Below are positions 1 through 7,640 of a stretch of 64,000 nt of DNA, one piece after another (the stretch's first letter is position 1; every line of letters starts with the position of its first letter). The notes below the pieces were generated by a model. That model had not been told where the DNA came from. It did no database searches and was given only the letters and a program-made list of their open reading frames with translations. The DNA comes from an uncultured Bifidobacteriaceae bacterium (GTDB lineage Bacteria; Actinomycetota; Actinomycetes; S36-B12), in the NCBI GenBank assembly GCA_964597445.1, contig CAZQXO010000007.1:1661-65660 (forward strand), in the 5' to 3' direction. Both the position numbers and the translations under genes were made by a program.

Positions 1-762
1 GCCCGACGCGCGCAGGATCCCCTGGGCCGATGGGTTGAGCCGCACGTAGTCGACGAAGGCACGGGCAGCAGCCTGCTGGCGGGAGTCCGCGACCACCGCG
101 ATCGGATAGGTCGTCGTCACGTTCCGGCTGCTCGGGATCGGCACCCCGGTCACCTTGCGACCGGCGGCACGCACGTCGGTGACGTAGACGATGCCGGCAT
201 CGACCTGATCGGCCATGACCTTGCCCAGGACGGCGCGTACATCCAGTTCGCGTGTCACGGGCGTGACGGTGATGCCGTTCTTGGCGAACAGATCACGCGC
301 CGCAGTGCCGCACGGCACGGCGACTTCGCAGAGGGCCACGCTGACCCTCGACAGATCCGTCAGGGATCTCACGCCTGCAGGATTGCCGGGTGGAGTGGCG
401 ATCATCATGGTGTTCCCGGCGAAGGGGGATGCTCGGCTGACCAGCCGGCTCGAGAGGGCCTTCGCCATCGTCGACTGGGACGCGGTGGCAAGGACGTCGG
501 CAGGAGCCCCGGCACGGAGCTGCTCGACGAGTGCGCTGCTGCTGCCGAAGTTGAAGGTGACATCGATCTGCGGGTGCGCCTTCTCGAAGGCCGCGGCGAT
601 GACGGGGAAGACATCGGTCAGTGACGCGGCGGCCGAGACGGTGATGGTGCCCGAGGGTGCCGTGGATGGCTTGGGAGTGGCGGTGGAGGGGACGGCGATC
701 ACCGCGGCGACCGTTGCGGCGGCGCCGGCGAGGGAGACGAGGAGAGTCAGCCTCGTCTTCAT
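1..762 (-). CDS. modA: Molybdate ABC transporter substrate-binding protein; C-terminal end cut by the window edge
   Basis: Not in the ORF track because there is no stop in the window. My translation of the minus strand from the ATG (cat at 760-762) reads MKTRLTLLVSLAGAAATVAAVIAVPSTATPKPSTAPSGTITVSAAASLTDVFPVIAAAFEKAHPQIDVTFNFGSSSALVEQLRAGAPADVLATAS... This is a signal peptide followed by a ModA-like sequence. Its ATG overlaps the stop of the upstream Mop-domain regulator (ATGA). Confidence 0.8.
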   Translation of the reverse strand, partial: MKTRLTLLVSLAGAAATVAAVIAVPSTATPKPSTAPSGTITVSAAASLTDVFPVIAAAFEKAHPQIDVTFNFGSSSALVEQLRAGAPADVLATASQSTMAKALSSRLVSRASPFAGNTMMIATPPGNPAGVRSLTDLSRVSVALCEVAVPCGTAARDLFAKNGITVTPVTRELDVRAVLGKVMADQVDAGIVYVTDVRAAGRKVTGVPIPSSRNVTTTYPIAVVADSRQQAAARAFVDYVRLNPSAQGILRASG

Positions 763-1142
763 GACGACGCCTCCACGACGACGTTGGTGGCCTTGACGAC
801 GGCGGCAGCCAGGGTCCCGGGCGCCAGGCCCAGTTCCTCGGCTGCTTCACGGCTCATGAGCGAGACCACCCGATGCGGACCGGCCTGGATCTCGACGAGC
901 GCCATGACCCCGTCCTTCTCCACGCGGGTGACGATGCCCTCGAACCGGTTGCGAGCCGACGTCGCGAGGTGGGGAAGCTCGGGCGACGACTCACGCATCA
1001 GCGCGGCGACGTCCTCGGCCAGGACGGTCCGGGGACCGGTGGCGCTTCCCGCACGCAGCCGACCCTCGTCGGCCCAGCGGCGGACAGTGTCATCGCTGAC
1101 CCCCAGGAGCTGGGCTGCCTCGGAAATCCGCAAAAACGTCAC
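759..1142 (-). CDS. MerR/excisionase-type HTH plus TOBE/Mop molybdenum-binding domain regulator
   Basis: ORF 759..1178. LRISEAAQLLGVSDDTVRRWADEGRL is an HTH. The C-terminal NRFEGIVTRVEKDGVMALVEIQAGPHRVVSLMSREAAEELGLAPG is TOBE/Mop-like. The track start at 1178 is TTG. GTG at 1142 or TTG at 1133 are more likely starts, so the start is uncertain. Confidence 0.75.
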   Translation of the reverse strand: MTFLRISEAAQLLGVSDDTVRRWADEGRLRAGSATGPRTVLAEDVAALMRESSPELPHLATSARNRFEGIVTRVEKDGVMALVEIQAGPHRVVSLMSREAAEELGLAPGTLAAAVVKATNVVVEASS

Positions 1143-1160
1143 AATCGGGCAGATTAGTCC

Positions 1161-1188
1161 GAATTCTCGGATGAGCAAGCGAGAATCC
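1161..1188. promoter_or_regulatory. Inverted repeat GAATTCTCG-N10-CGAGAATCC in the AT-richer leader of the mod operon
   Basis: Read directly. The arms at 1161-1169 and 1180-1188 are reverse complements at 8 of 9 positions, just upstream of the regulator-modA operon. This is a candidate operator only. Confidence 0.3.
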
Positions 1189-1205
1189 TCCGCAGGTGCG
1201 GCCCC

Positions 1206-1613
1206 TCAGGTCCTGCTGGCGAAGAACTCCACCGCGATCCCGTCAGGATCGCGGGCCGTGACGGCCCAGCCGTAGGCGACCTCCTCGACCGGCCCATGGG
1301 CGAAGCCGAGGAGGTCGAGGCGCTCGGCCCATGAGCGGACGACCTCCTCATCCGGGCAGGCGAGGCCGAGGTGGTCCAGTCCCACGCGAGTGGGGTCGAA
1401 GGCCGATCCCCGATCCGTGGACTCGTGGCGGGTGAGCCCGATGACGAGGCCGCTGGGCCACTGGAGTCGGAGGCGATGCCAGCCGGGACCTTCGCGCGTG
1501 ATGATCGAGGCGTCGCCCAGCAGGGCCTGGTACCACTCAGCACTCCGCGTGGGATCCGTCACCGAGAGCGCCACATGGTGCACGTCGGGCGCGGGGAGCT
1601 CGGGCGGGGTCAT
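1206..1613 (-). CDS. VOC (glyoxalase/bleomycin resistance/dioxygenase fold) family protein
   Basis: Internal ATG of ORF 1206..1790: MTPPELPAPDVHHVALSVTDPTRSAEWYQALLG...LDHLGLACPDEEVVRSWAERL...DPDGIAVEFF. The ATG overlaps the stop of the upstream gene at 1610 (ATGA). Confidence 0.8.
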   Translation of the reverse strand: MTPPELPAPDVHHVALSVTDPTRSAEWYQALLGDASIITREGPGWHRLRLQWPSGLVIGLTRHESTDRGSAFDPTRVGLDHLGLACPDEEVVRSWAERLDLLGFAHGPVEEVAYGWAVTARDPDGIAVEFFASRT

Positions 1614-1960
1614 CCCGCCGCCGCACGGGCCAGGTGCCGCTCCCGGACAGCGAGGAACAGAGGGAAGGTGAAGGCCACGGCGGTCACGAAGGAGAACACC
1701 ACATAGGCCCAGTACCAGCGGATGCCCAGGCGGCGACCCTCGAGGATGATGAAGATCGATGCCGCGCTCGCCGTGGCGAGAAGGTCCCACGAGAGGGAAC
1801 TGACGGACGGGTTGGCGAACCAGGCGGCGAAGAAGGTGTCGCCTCCTGGGTTGATGACGCTCTGGACGTTGAACCAGGCGGTCCCGACCAGGCCGATGGC
1901 GGCCACCAAGAGGTAGACCCAGAAGGCGCCCGGTGAACGGGTCGGTGCTGCGGTGCTCAT
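1610..1960 (-). CDS. Small integral membrane protein (DUF2834-like)
   Basis: ORF 1610..1960 has four hydrophobic segments (WVYLLVAAIGLVGTAWF, LLATASAASIFIILE, WAYVVFSFVTAVAFTFPLFLAV). It is translationally coupled to the VOC gene. Confidence 0.65.
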   Translation of the reverse strand: MSTAAPTRSPGAFWVYLLVAAIGLVGTAWFNVQSVINPGGDTFFAAWFANPSVSSLSWDLLATASAASIFIILEGRRLGIRWYWAYVVFSFVTAVAFTFPLFLAVRERHLARAAAG

Positions 1961-2015
1961 CTCTCGCGATGTCCCCTCGGGTGAATCGGGTTACCCTGAC
2001 AGGAGGGAGGTTGCC

Positions 2016-2462
2016 ATGTCCGTCGCACTCGCGTGGCTGATCGCCGCCCTCGTCCTGCTCGGGATCGAGATCCTCACGGTTGACCTGGTCTTCGGGCTCA
2101 TCGCCGTCGGAGCTGCATCAGCGGCTCTCGCGGCCGCGCTGGGCGCTCCGTTGTGGCTGCAGGCCGTTGTCGGCATCGGAGTCTCGATCGTGGGTATCGC
2201 TGTCGTCCGACCCATCGCGATGCGCCACCTCCGCCGAAGCGCCCGTCACACCCGCACAGGCGTCGATGCCCTGCCGGGAACGCGCGGCGAGGCCACGGAG
2301 GAGATCACCTCCCGTGATGGCCGCATCCGCCTGCGCGGCGAGATCTGGTCCGCTCGGCTCGACGTCGACGTCACCTCCGAGCCCGTGCCCGCGGGAGTCG
2401 ATGTCGTCGTGACACGCATCGACGGGGCAACCGCTCTCGTCTACCCCGTCGATCCCCGATAG
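2016..2462 (+). CDS. NfeD family membrane protein
   Basis: Internal ATG at 2016 preceded by AGGAGGGAGG. N-terminal TM helices are followed by a C-terminal OB-like segment (GRIRLRGEIWSARLDVD...VVVTRIDGATALVYPV). It lies directly upstream of an SPFH gene, which is the classic pairing. Confidence 0.85.
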   Translation: MSVALAWLIAALVLLGIEILTVDLVFGLIAVGAASAALAAALGAPLWLQAVVGIGVSIVGIAVVRPIAMRHLRRSARHTRTGVDALPGTRGEATEEITSRDGRIRLRGEIWSARLDVDVTSEPVPAGVDVVVTRIDGATALVYPVDPR

Positions 2463-2475
2463 CCAGGAGGCTGCC

Positions 2476-3393
2476 ATGGATGTCGTCGTCCCGATCGTCG
2501 TCGCTGGAGTCGTGCTGCTCGTCCTCGCGCTGTTCCTGAACCGGACGATCGTGATCGTCCGTCAGGCGGATACGGCCATCGTGGAGAGGCTCGGTCGCTA
2601 CAGCCGCACGCTCAGCCCCGGATTGAACATCCTCGTCCCCGTCGTGGATCGCATCCGGCAGCGAGTCGACATGCGCGAGCAGGTGGCGTCCTTCCCACCG
2701 CAGCCAGTGATCACTGAGGACAACCTGGTCGTGTCCATCGACACCGTCATCTACTTCCAGGTCACGGACCCCAAGGCAGCGACGTACGAGATCAGCAGCT
2801 ACATCGTCGGCATAGAGCAGCTCACGGTCACGACCCTGCGCAATGTGATCGGCTCGATGGACCTCGAGGAGGCGCTGACATCGCGCGATCAGATCAACGG
2901 ACAGCTTCGCGGAGTGCTGGACGAAGCGACGGGCAAGTGGGGCATCCGCGTGAATCGAGTGGAGCTCAAGGCGATCGATCCACCTGCGACCGTGCAGGAG
3001 GCGATGGAGAAGCAGCTGCGTGCGGAGCGAGAGCGTCGAGCGGTCATTCTGACGGCAGAGGGCGCCAAGCAGAGCGCGATTCTGAACGCCGAGGGCTCCA
3101 AGCAGGCCGCGGTGCTGGCAGCCGAGGCCGATGCGCAAGCAGCCGTGCTGCGTGCCGAGGGCGACGCGAAGGCACGCGTGATCGCCGCGGAGGCCGAGTC
3201 GACAGCTGTCGCCAAGATCTACGAGGGACTCCGGGCGGCCGATCCGCAGCCCAATGAGCTGGCGCATCGATACCTGCAGGCGCTGCCTGAGGTGGCTCAG
3301 GGCGACGCGAACAAGGTGTGGGTCGTGCCGGCTGAGCTCACCGGGGCGATCGCGAAGATCACCGAAGGGATGCGCGGGCCAGACCGCGGGTAG
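2476..3393 (+). CDS. SPFH/band 7 (stomatin-like) protein
   Basis: ORF 2476..3393. N-terminal TM, then RTIVIVRQADTAIVERLGRYSRTLSPGLNILVPVVDRI...VITEDNLVVSIDTVIYFQVTDP and an Ala/Glu-rich coiled-coil tail. Confidence 0.9.
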   Translation: MDVVVPIVVAGVVLLVLALFLNRTIVIVRQADTAIVERLGRYSRTLSPGLNILVPVVDRIRQRVDMREQVASFPPQPVITEDNLVVSIDTVIYFQVTDPKAATYEISSYIVGIEQLTVTTLRNVIGSMDLEEALTSRDQINGQLRGVLDEATGKWGIRVNRVELKAIDPPATVQEAMEKQLRAERERRAVILTAEGAKQSAILNAEGSKQAAVLAAEADAQAAVLRAEGDAKARVIAAEAESTAVAKIYEGLRAADPQPNELAHRYLQALPEVAQGDANKVWVVPAELTGAIAKITEGMRGPDRG

Positions 3394-4054
3394 CCTCGCG
3401 TCGAGCCACAGGGCTCAGCGTCGGGTGAGACTCCAGGAAGGCCGCCACGACTTTCGGGTTCCAGTTGGTTGCGTCTCTCAATGCCCAGCCGACCGCCTTC
3501 GCGACGAAGAACTCCCGGTCGGACGCATGCTGAGCACACATGCTCAGGAGTCGATCGAGGTCCGTGTCCTCACGTCGTCCCCGCTGATGCTGCAGGGCAG
3601 CGCGGATGAGCCATCGGTCTCCTGAACCGCACCACCGCCACATGAGAGACACCTGGTCTGGATGGCTCACCACAAGCGGTGCTACGACTGCTGATCCGAG
3701 CGAGTCGACTGTGTCCCACCAGGCCTTGCTGGTCAGCAGGTCCTGACCAGGGTCGATGAGGAAACTCCCGGGAAGGCACCTGTGTGTCCGTGCAAGGAGA
3801 TCGCACGCGGCGTAGTGATACTCGCGCTCATCCAGAGCCCACAGGGATCGGACGATGATCGCCACGTCTTCGGCGCCGGGCTGGGGCAGAGCTCGCCATG
3901 CGGCCGTTTGGGCTCTGCGTCGATCTGGGGTAGGAACACCCAGGAAGGGAGCGATGTCCTTCATGTAGCGGCGCATGGTCTGGCCGCGTTGCTCGCAGGC
4001 AAGCGGTCTCAGGGAGGCGATGGTGGTGGCCACCCATTCGTCAGGCAGATTCAT
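3359..4054 (-). CDS. DNA alkylation repair protein (AlkC/AlkD-like HEAT repeat)
   Basis: ORF 3359..4087. MRRYMKDIAPFLGVPTPDRRRAQ...WWDTVDSLG...EFFVAKAVGWALRD is typical of this family. I prefer the start at ATG 4054 because it overlaps the upstream stop (ATGA). Confidence 0.75.
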   Translation of the reverse strand: MNLPDEWVATTIASLRPLACEQRGQTMRRYMKDIAPFLGVPTPDRRRAQTAAWRALPQPGAEDVAIIVRSLWALDEREYHYAACDLLARTHRCLPGSFLIDPGQDLLTSKAWWDTVDSLGSAVVAPLVVSHPDQVSLMWRWCGSGDRWLIRAALQHQRGRREDTDLDRLLSMCAQHASDREFFVAKAVGWALRDATNWNPKVVAAFLESHPTLSPVARREATRGLARASLR

Positions 4055-4662
4055 GATGTCTCGTGGCGCTTGTCCCGTGGGACCCACTGATTCGCGCGCA
4101 TGCCCAACTGCGCGAGACGAGCGGTCTCGTCAATGCGGGCGGCCCGTGTCTCCGGTCGCTTGGCCGTGATGATCCACTGCAGGATCTGCTTGCGAACTCC
4201 GGGAGGAAACTGGTCAAAGTTCTCTTGGCTGCCCGGGTAGGCCGTGAAGGCATCGCTCAGGTCAGGAGGGACGAGAGCTGCCTCGCTGGAATCGATGGAG
4301 GTCCAGGAGCCGTCGGCTCGTGCACGATCAATGACTGCCTGCCCTGCCTCTGTCATGCGGCCATCCGCCACGAGGCGCTCGACTCGAGCCTTGTTGGTTG
4401 CAGCCCATGGGCTTCCAGGCTTCCGAGGGCTGATGTAGACGCGGGTCCGCGAGTCATCCACGCGCCCGGGTCTGCTGTCGACCCAGCCGAAGCACAGGAC
4501 CTCCTCGACGACGGCGGCGTAGTCGAGCTCGGTCGTGCGCGCAGCCTTTCGGGGGTACACCACCCAGACGCCCGTGCTCGAGGCATGCTGCTCGGCGAGC
4601 CAAGCTCGCAGGTCTCTCCGCTCTCGGGGCTCGAGCCACTCCGCGTCATCGAGAGCACCCAT
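4051..4662 (-). CDS. YdeI/OmpD-associated family protein
   Basis: ORF 4051..4662. LRAWLAEQHASSTGVWVVYPRK...LCFGWVDSRPGRVDD...PPDLSDAFTAYPGSQENFDQFPPGVRKQILQWIITAKRPETRAARIDE. Confidence 0.75.
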   Translation of the reverse strand: MGALDDAEWLEPRERRDLRAWLAEQHASSTGVWVVYPRKAARTTELDYAAVVEEVLCFGWVDSRPGRVDDSRTRVYISPRKPGSPWAATNKARVERLVADGRMTEAGQAVIDRARADGSWTSIDSSEAALVPPDLSDAFTAYPGSQENFDQFPPGVRKQILQWIITAKRPETRAARIDETARLAQLGMRANQWVPRDKRHETS

Positions 4663-4706
4663 GCCGGCTCCTCACCTCCTCCGCTCACGGCCTAGGCTCT
4701 CGTCCC

Positions 4707-5711
4707 GTGAACAGTGATATCGCAGTGCAGGCAGAGGGCCTGGTCAAGGACTTCGGCGAGGTCAAGGCCCTCGCCGGAATCGACCTGACGGTCAAGCGCG
4801 GCCAGGTGGTCGGCCTTCTCGGCCCGAACGGTGCCGGCAAGACGACGACTGTTCGGATCCTCTCGACGCTGCTCAAGCCGACCGCGGGGCGTGCGACCGT
4901 CGACGGGTTCGATGTGGTGAAGCAGGCTGACGATGTGCGCCGATCCATCGGCCTGACGGGGCAGTACGCCGCCATCGACGAGTACCTCACGGGCCGCGAG
5001 AACCTACGCATGTTCGGTGACCTCTACCACCTGAAGCCCTCGTACGTGAAGGAGCGCAGCGCCGAACTGCTGGAGTGGTTCGATCTGACTGCGGCTGCCG
5101 ATCGTCCGGCGAGGACCTACTCCGGCGGCATGAGGCGACGGCTCGACCTCGCGGCGAGCCTGGTGGCCCAGCCGTCGATCCTGTTCCTCGACGAGCCCAC
5201 GACGGGACTCGACCCGCGCTCGCGCCTGGGCCTGTGGGGCGTCATCGAGAACCTCGTCAAGGAGGGGACGACCGTCCTCCTGACCACGCAGTACCTGGAG
5301 GAGGCCGACCAGCTGGCCGAGGACATCGTCGTGATCGATCGTGGACGTGTCATCGCGCAGGGAACCTCGGAGCACCTCAAGGACCAGATCGGCGGTGATC
5401 GCATCGAGATCACCGTCGTAGACCCGGCGACGGTCGACCAGGCTGCTGAGGCCCTGGCGTCCGTGGGCACGGGAGCGCCGCTTGTCGAGGACCTGCAGGT
5501 CTCCGTGCCGGTGGCGGGCGGTTCCACCGTCCTCGTCGACGCCATCCGCGCACTCGATGCCCGCGGTGTCGCCGTGTCAGATCTCCAACTGCGTCGTCCG
5601 ACCCTGGATGACGTCTTCATGACCCTCACCGGCCATGCTGCTGAGGAGGAGACGACTCCACCCGCCCCCAAGGGTCGAGGTCGTCGCGGACGAGGAGGGG
5701 AGGGCGCATGA
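4707..5711 (+). CDS. ABC transporter ATP-binding protein (DrrA/daunorubicin-resistance-like)
   Basis: Walker A GPNGAGKTT, signature YSGGMRRRLDLA, Walker B ILFLDEPTTGLD. GTG start at 4707. Confidence 0.9.
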   Translation: MNSDIAVQAEGLVKDFGEVKALAGIDLTVKRGQVVGLLGPNGAGKTTTVRILSTLLKPTAGRATVDGFDVVKQADDVRRSIGLTGQYAAIDEYLTGRENLRMFGDLYHLKPSYVKERSAELLEWFDLTAAADRPARTYSGGMRRRLDLAASLVAQPSILFLDEPTTGLDPRSRLGLWGVIENLVKEGTTVLLTTQYLEEADQLAEDIVVIDRGRVIAQGTSEHLKDQIGGDRIEITVVDPATVDQAAEALASVGTGAPLVEDLQVSVPVAGGSTVLVDAIRALDARGVAVSDLQLRRPTLDDVFMTLTGHAAEEETTPPAPKGRGRRGRGGEGA

Positions 5712-6559
5712 GCACGCTGAGCATCGGGTCCCCGGTCGCCATGCGGCGACCGATCTACGGTTGGACCCTCCACGACGGTCTGGTCGTCGCACGGCGAAAC
5801 CTGATCCAGACGGTTCGGGTGCCGGAGCTCCTGTTCTTCTCGCTGGTGCAGCCGGTGATCTTCGTCCTGCTGTTCGCCTACGTGTTCGGTGGCGCCATCC
5901 CGGTACCCGGTGACTCGGACCCGAACGCCTACCGCCAGTACCTGATGCCCGGCATCTTCGGGCAGACGGTCGCCTTCGCCGCCGCGGCGAGCACCGTGGG
6001 CTTGGCGGAGGACATGCACAAGGGCCTGATCGATCGCTTCCGGTCGCTGCCCATGGCTCCCGCCGGGGTTCTCATCGGCCGCACCCTCGCCGATGCTGCA
6101 CGGCAGATCCTCGTGCTCTTCGTGCTGACGATCACGGGCTTCCTCGTCGGCTGGCGCATCGACAACGGCCTGCTCAACGCCATTTACGCCTATGCACTGC
6201 TGCTGCTGTTCGCCTACACGGTGGCGTGGGTCGGGGCCTGGATCGGTCTCTACATGCCCAACCCGGAGACGGCCAACACCGCCGGCCTGGCCTGGCTGTT
6301 CCCCCTCACCTTCCTCTCGAACGCCTTCGTCCCGTTGGCCTCCCTGCCGACGTGGTTGCAGTACATCGCTGCGTGGAATCCGATATCGGCCTTGGTGCTC
6401 GCGACCCGTGAACTGTTCGGCAACCCGACGGGGATGGCCGGCGACGAGTTCTGGCCGCTCCAGCATCCGCAGCTGTACACGGTCCTGTCCTGCGTCATCC
6501 TGATCGCCATCTTCTCGACGCTGTCGGTGCGCCGCTTCCGTCGGACCACCTCCCGCTGA
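5708..6559 (+). CDS. ABC-2 type transporter permease (DrrB-like)
   Basis: ATGA overlap with the ATPase gene. Six hydrophobic segments and ABC-2 style motifs (GLIDRFRSLPMAPAGVLIGRTLAD). Confidence 0.9.
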   Translation: MSTLSIGSPVAMRRPIYGWTLHDGLVVARRNLIQTVRVPELLFFSLVQPVIFVLLFAYVFGGAIPVPGDSDPNAYRQYLMPGIFGQTVAFAAAASTVGLAEDMHKGLIDRFRSLPMAPAGVLIGRTLADAARQILVLFVLTITGFLVGWRIDNGLLNAIYAYALLLLFAYTVAWVGAWIGLYMPNPETANTAGLAWLFPLTFLSNAFVPLASLPTWLQYIAAWNPISALVLATRELFGNPTGMAGDEFWPLQHPQLYTVLSCVILIAIFSTLSVRRFRRTTSR

Positions 6560-6621
6560 CGGGGCGGTGCTCCGGCTGGTCCGGGGTCGAATGTCCGGAA
6601 GGCCGGGGTTCCTTGTGACGC

Positions 6622-6646
6622 CCTGACCGCGCATTGGCCGGTCAGG
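6622..6646 (+). terminator. Stem-loop CCTGACCG-N9-CGGTCAGG downstream of the ABC operon
   Basis: Perfect 8-bp arms read directly at 6622-6629 and 6639-6646. There is no U-tract. Confidence 0.4.
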
Positions 6647-6716
6647 ACGCTGTCGAGAGCCTCGTCGCTTAGCGCCCCTGCCTACCGTGTCATCAGGTCC
6701 CGGATCCTCGGAGGTG

Positions 6717-7085
6717 ATGGCGATGACCAGTGAGCGCGCCGTGCGTGAGCGACAGGCGAGTCAGGCGTGGAAGGAGCTTCCGCAGGGCGGGCGCGGGGCC
6801 GTCACCCTTCAGGTTCACTGCGCGGCCGGGCATCACGTCGCCAAGGTCGCTGACACTGCTCAGGGACGAGTGGTGGTCACCACCCTGCGTTCGCGGTCGC
6901 ATGGTGATCGCGACCTGCCGGATGCTCCGCACACTCCCGGTCGATCGCATCAGGTGTTCGATCTGCTGGATGGGGTAGACGACGATGCCATCCCCGCATG
7001 GTGCGACTGCGGTCCTCGCGTGCTCTCGCGGGCGGAGCTGCGCGCGTGGGCGGCGGCGGGGGAGCGTCGCGTGGTCGTGGACTGA
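6717..7085 (+). CDS. Hypothetical Cys/His-containing small protein
   Basis: ORF 6687..7085. ATG 6717 follows GGAGGTG. Contains HCAAGHH and CDCG motifs. No family recognised. Third-position T is more frequent than in neighbouring genes. Confidence 0.5.
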   Translation: MAMTSERAVRERQASQAWKELPQGGRGAVTLQVHCAAGHHVAKVADTAQGRVVVTTLRSRSHGDRDLPDAPHTPGRSHQVFDLLDGVDDDAIPAWCDCGPRVLSRAELRAWAAAGERRVVVD

Positions 7086-7087
7086 CT

Positions 7088-7102
7088 CCCGACCCCCGTC
7101 GG
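7088..7102. terminator. Short hairpin CCCGAC-CCC-GTCGGG between convergent genes
   Basis: Read directly. It lies between the stop at 7085 (+) and the stop at 7116 (-). Confidence 0.3.
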
Positions 7103-7115
7103 GGGAAGACGCTCG

Positions 7116-7574
7116 CTACTTGTCCTTCCTCGTCGCGTAGGTGAAGGCGGCGAGCCCGATCACGACGGCGCCCGCCCCGATCCCGATGAGCATGACGTCG
7201 TTGGCATCGGTCGAGTCGACGAGCACTCCGAGGAACACGACGGCGATGATCGCCACGACGACCCCGATCAGCTTCGCCTTCAGGTCGTCGAGAGACCGGA
7301 TCTCGAGCCACGGTGGCAGCCGCACTGAGGAGTCCACGAACAGTTCGTACAGGCCGTAGCCGATGACGAGGAGGACGGTCGCGAGAAGGAGGGTGTCGAT
7401 CGCCGTCAGGACGGCGACGACGGACTCCTTTAGGGGAATCTCGGTGTCGATGATCTTCAGGAAGGACCTGATGATGTCCCAGGTGCCGATGCCCATGAGC
7501 AGGAAGGACCCGAGGATGGAGCCCACCGCGGGAACGGCCACGACATAACGCGAGAGCTCGATCAGTCGACGCAT
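7116..7574 (-). CDS. YqhA family (UPF0114) membrane protein
   Basis: ORF 7116..7574. MRRLIELSRYVVAVPAVGSILGSFLLMGIGTWDIIRSFLKII...LLATVLLVIGYGLYELFV is characteristic of the family. Confidence 0.8.
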   Translation of the reverse strand: MRRLIELSRYVVAVPAVGSILGSFLLMGIGTWDIIRSFLKIIDTEIPLKESVVAVLTAIDTLLLATVLLVIGYGLYELFVDSSVRLPPWLEIRSLDDLKAKLIGVVVAIIAVVFLGVLVDSTDANDVMLIGIGAGAVVIGLAAFTYATRKDK

Positions 7575-7640
7575 GCGCGAACCGTAGCGCGGCGTGAGGG
7601 CGGGTGCCGATCCTCCGGGGATCCGTCGGGGGACGTGTGC

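Noticed and set aside
5117-6634. Long antisense ORFs in general: 5117-6634, 7788-9050, 10581-11927, 16795-18171, 22196-23566, 29141-30694, 40330-41565, 47904-48848, 55531-56955, 57894-59396, 60186-61142 and 61907-62929.
   Set aside because: Each lies opposite or out of frame to a gene with clear family motifs. Their translations are dominated by Arg, Pro, Gly, Ala and Asp/His runs with no recognisable domains. I treat them as GC-driven artefacts and not as overlapping genes.
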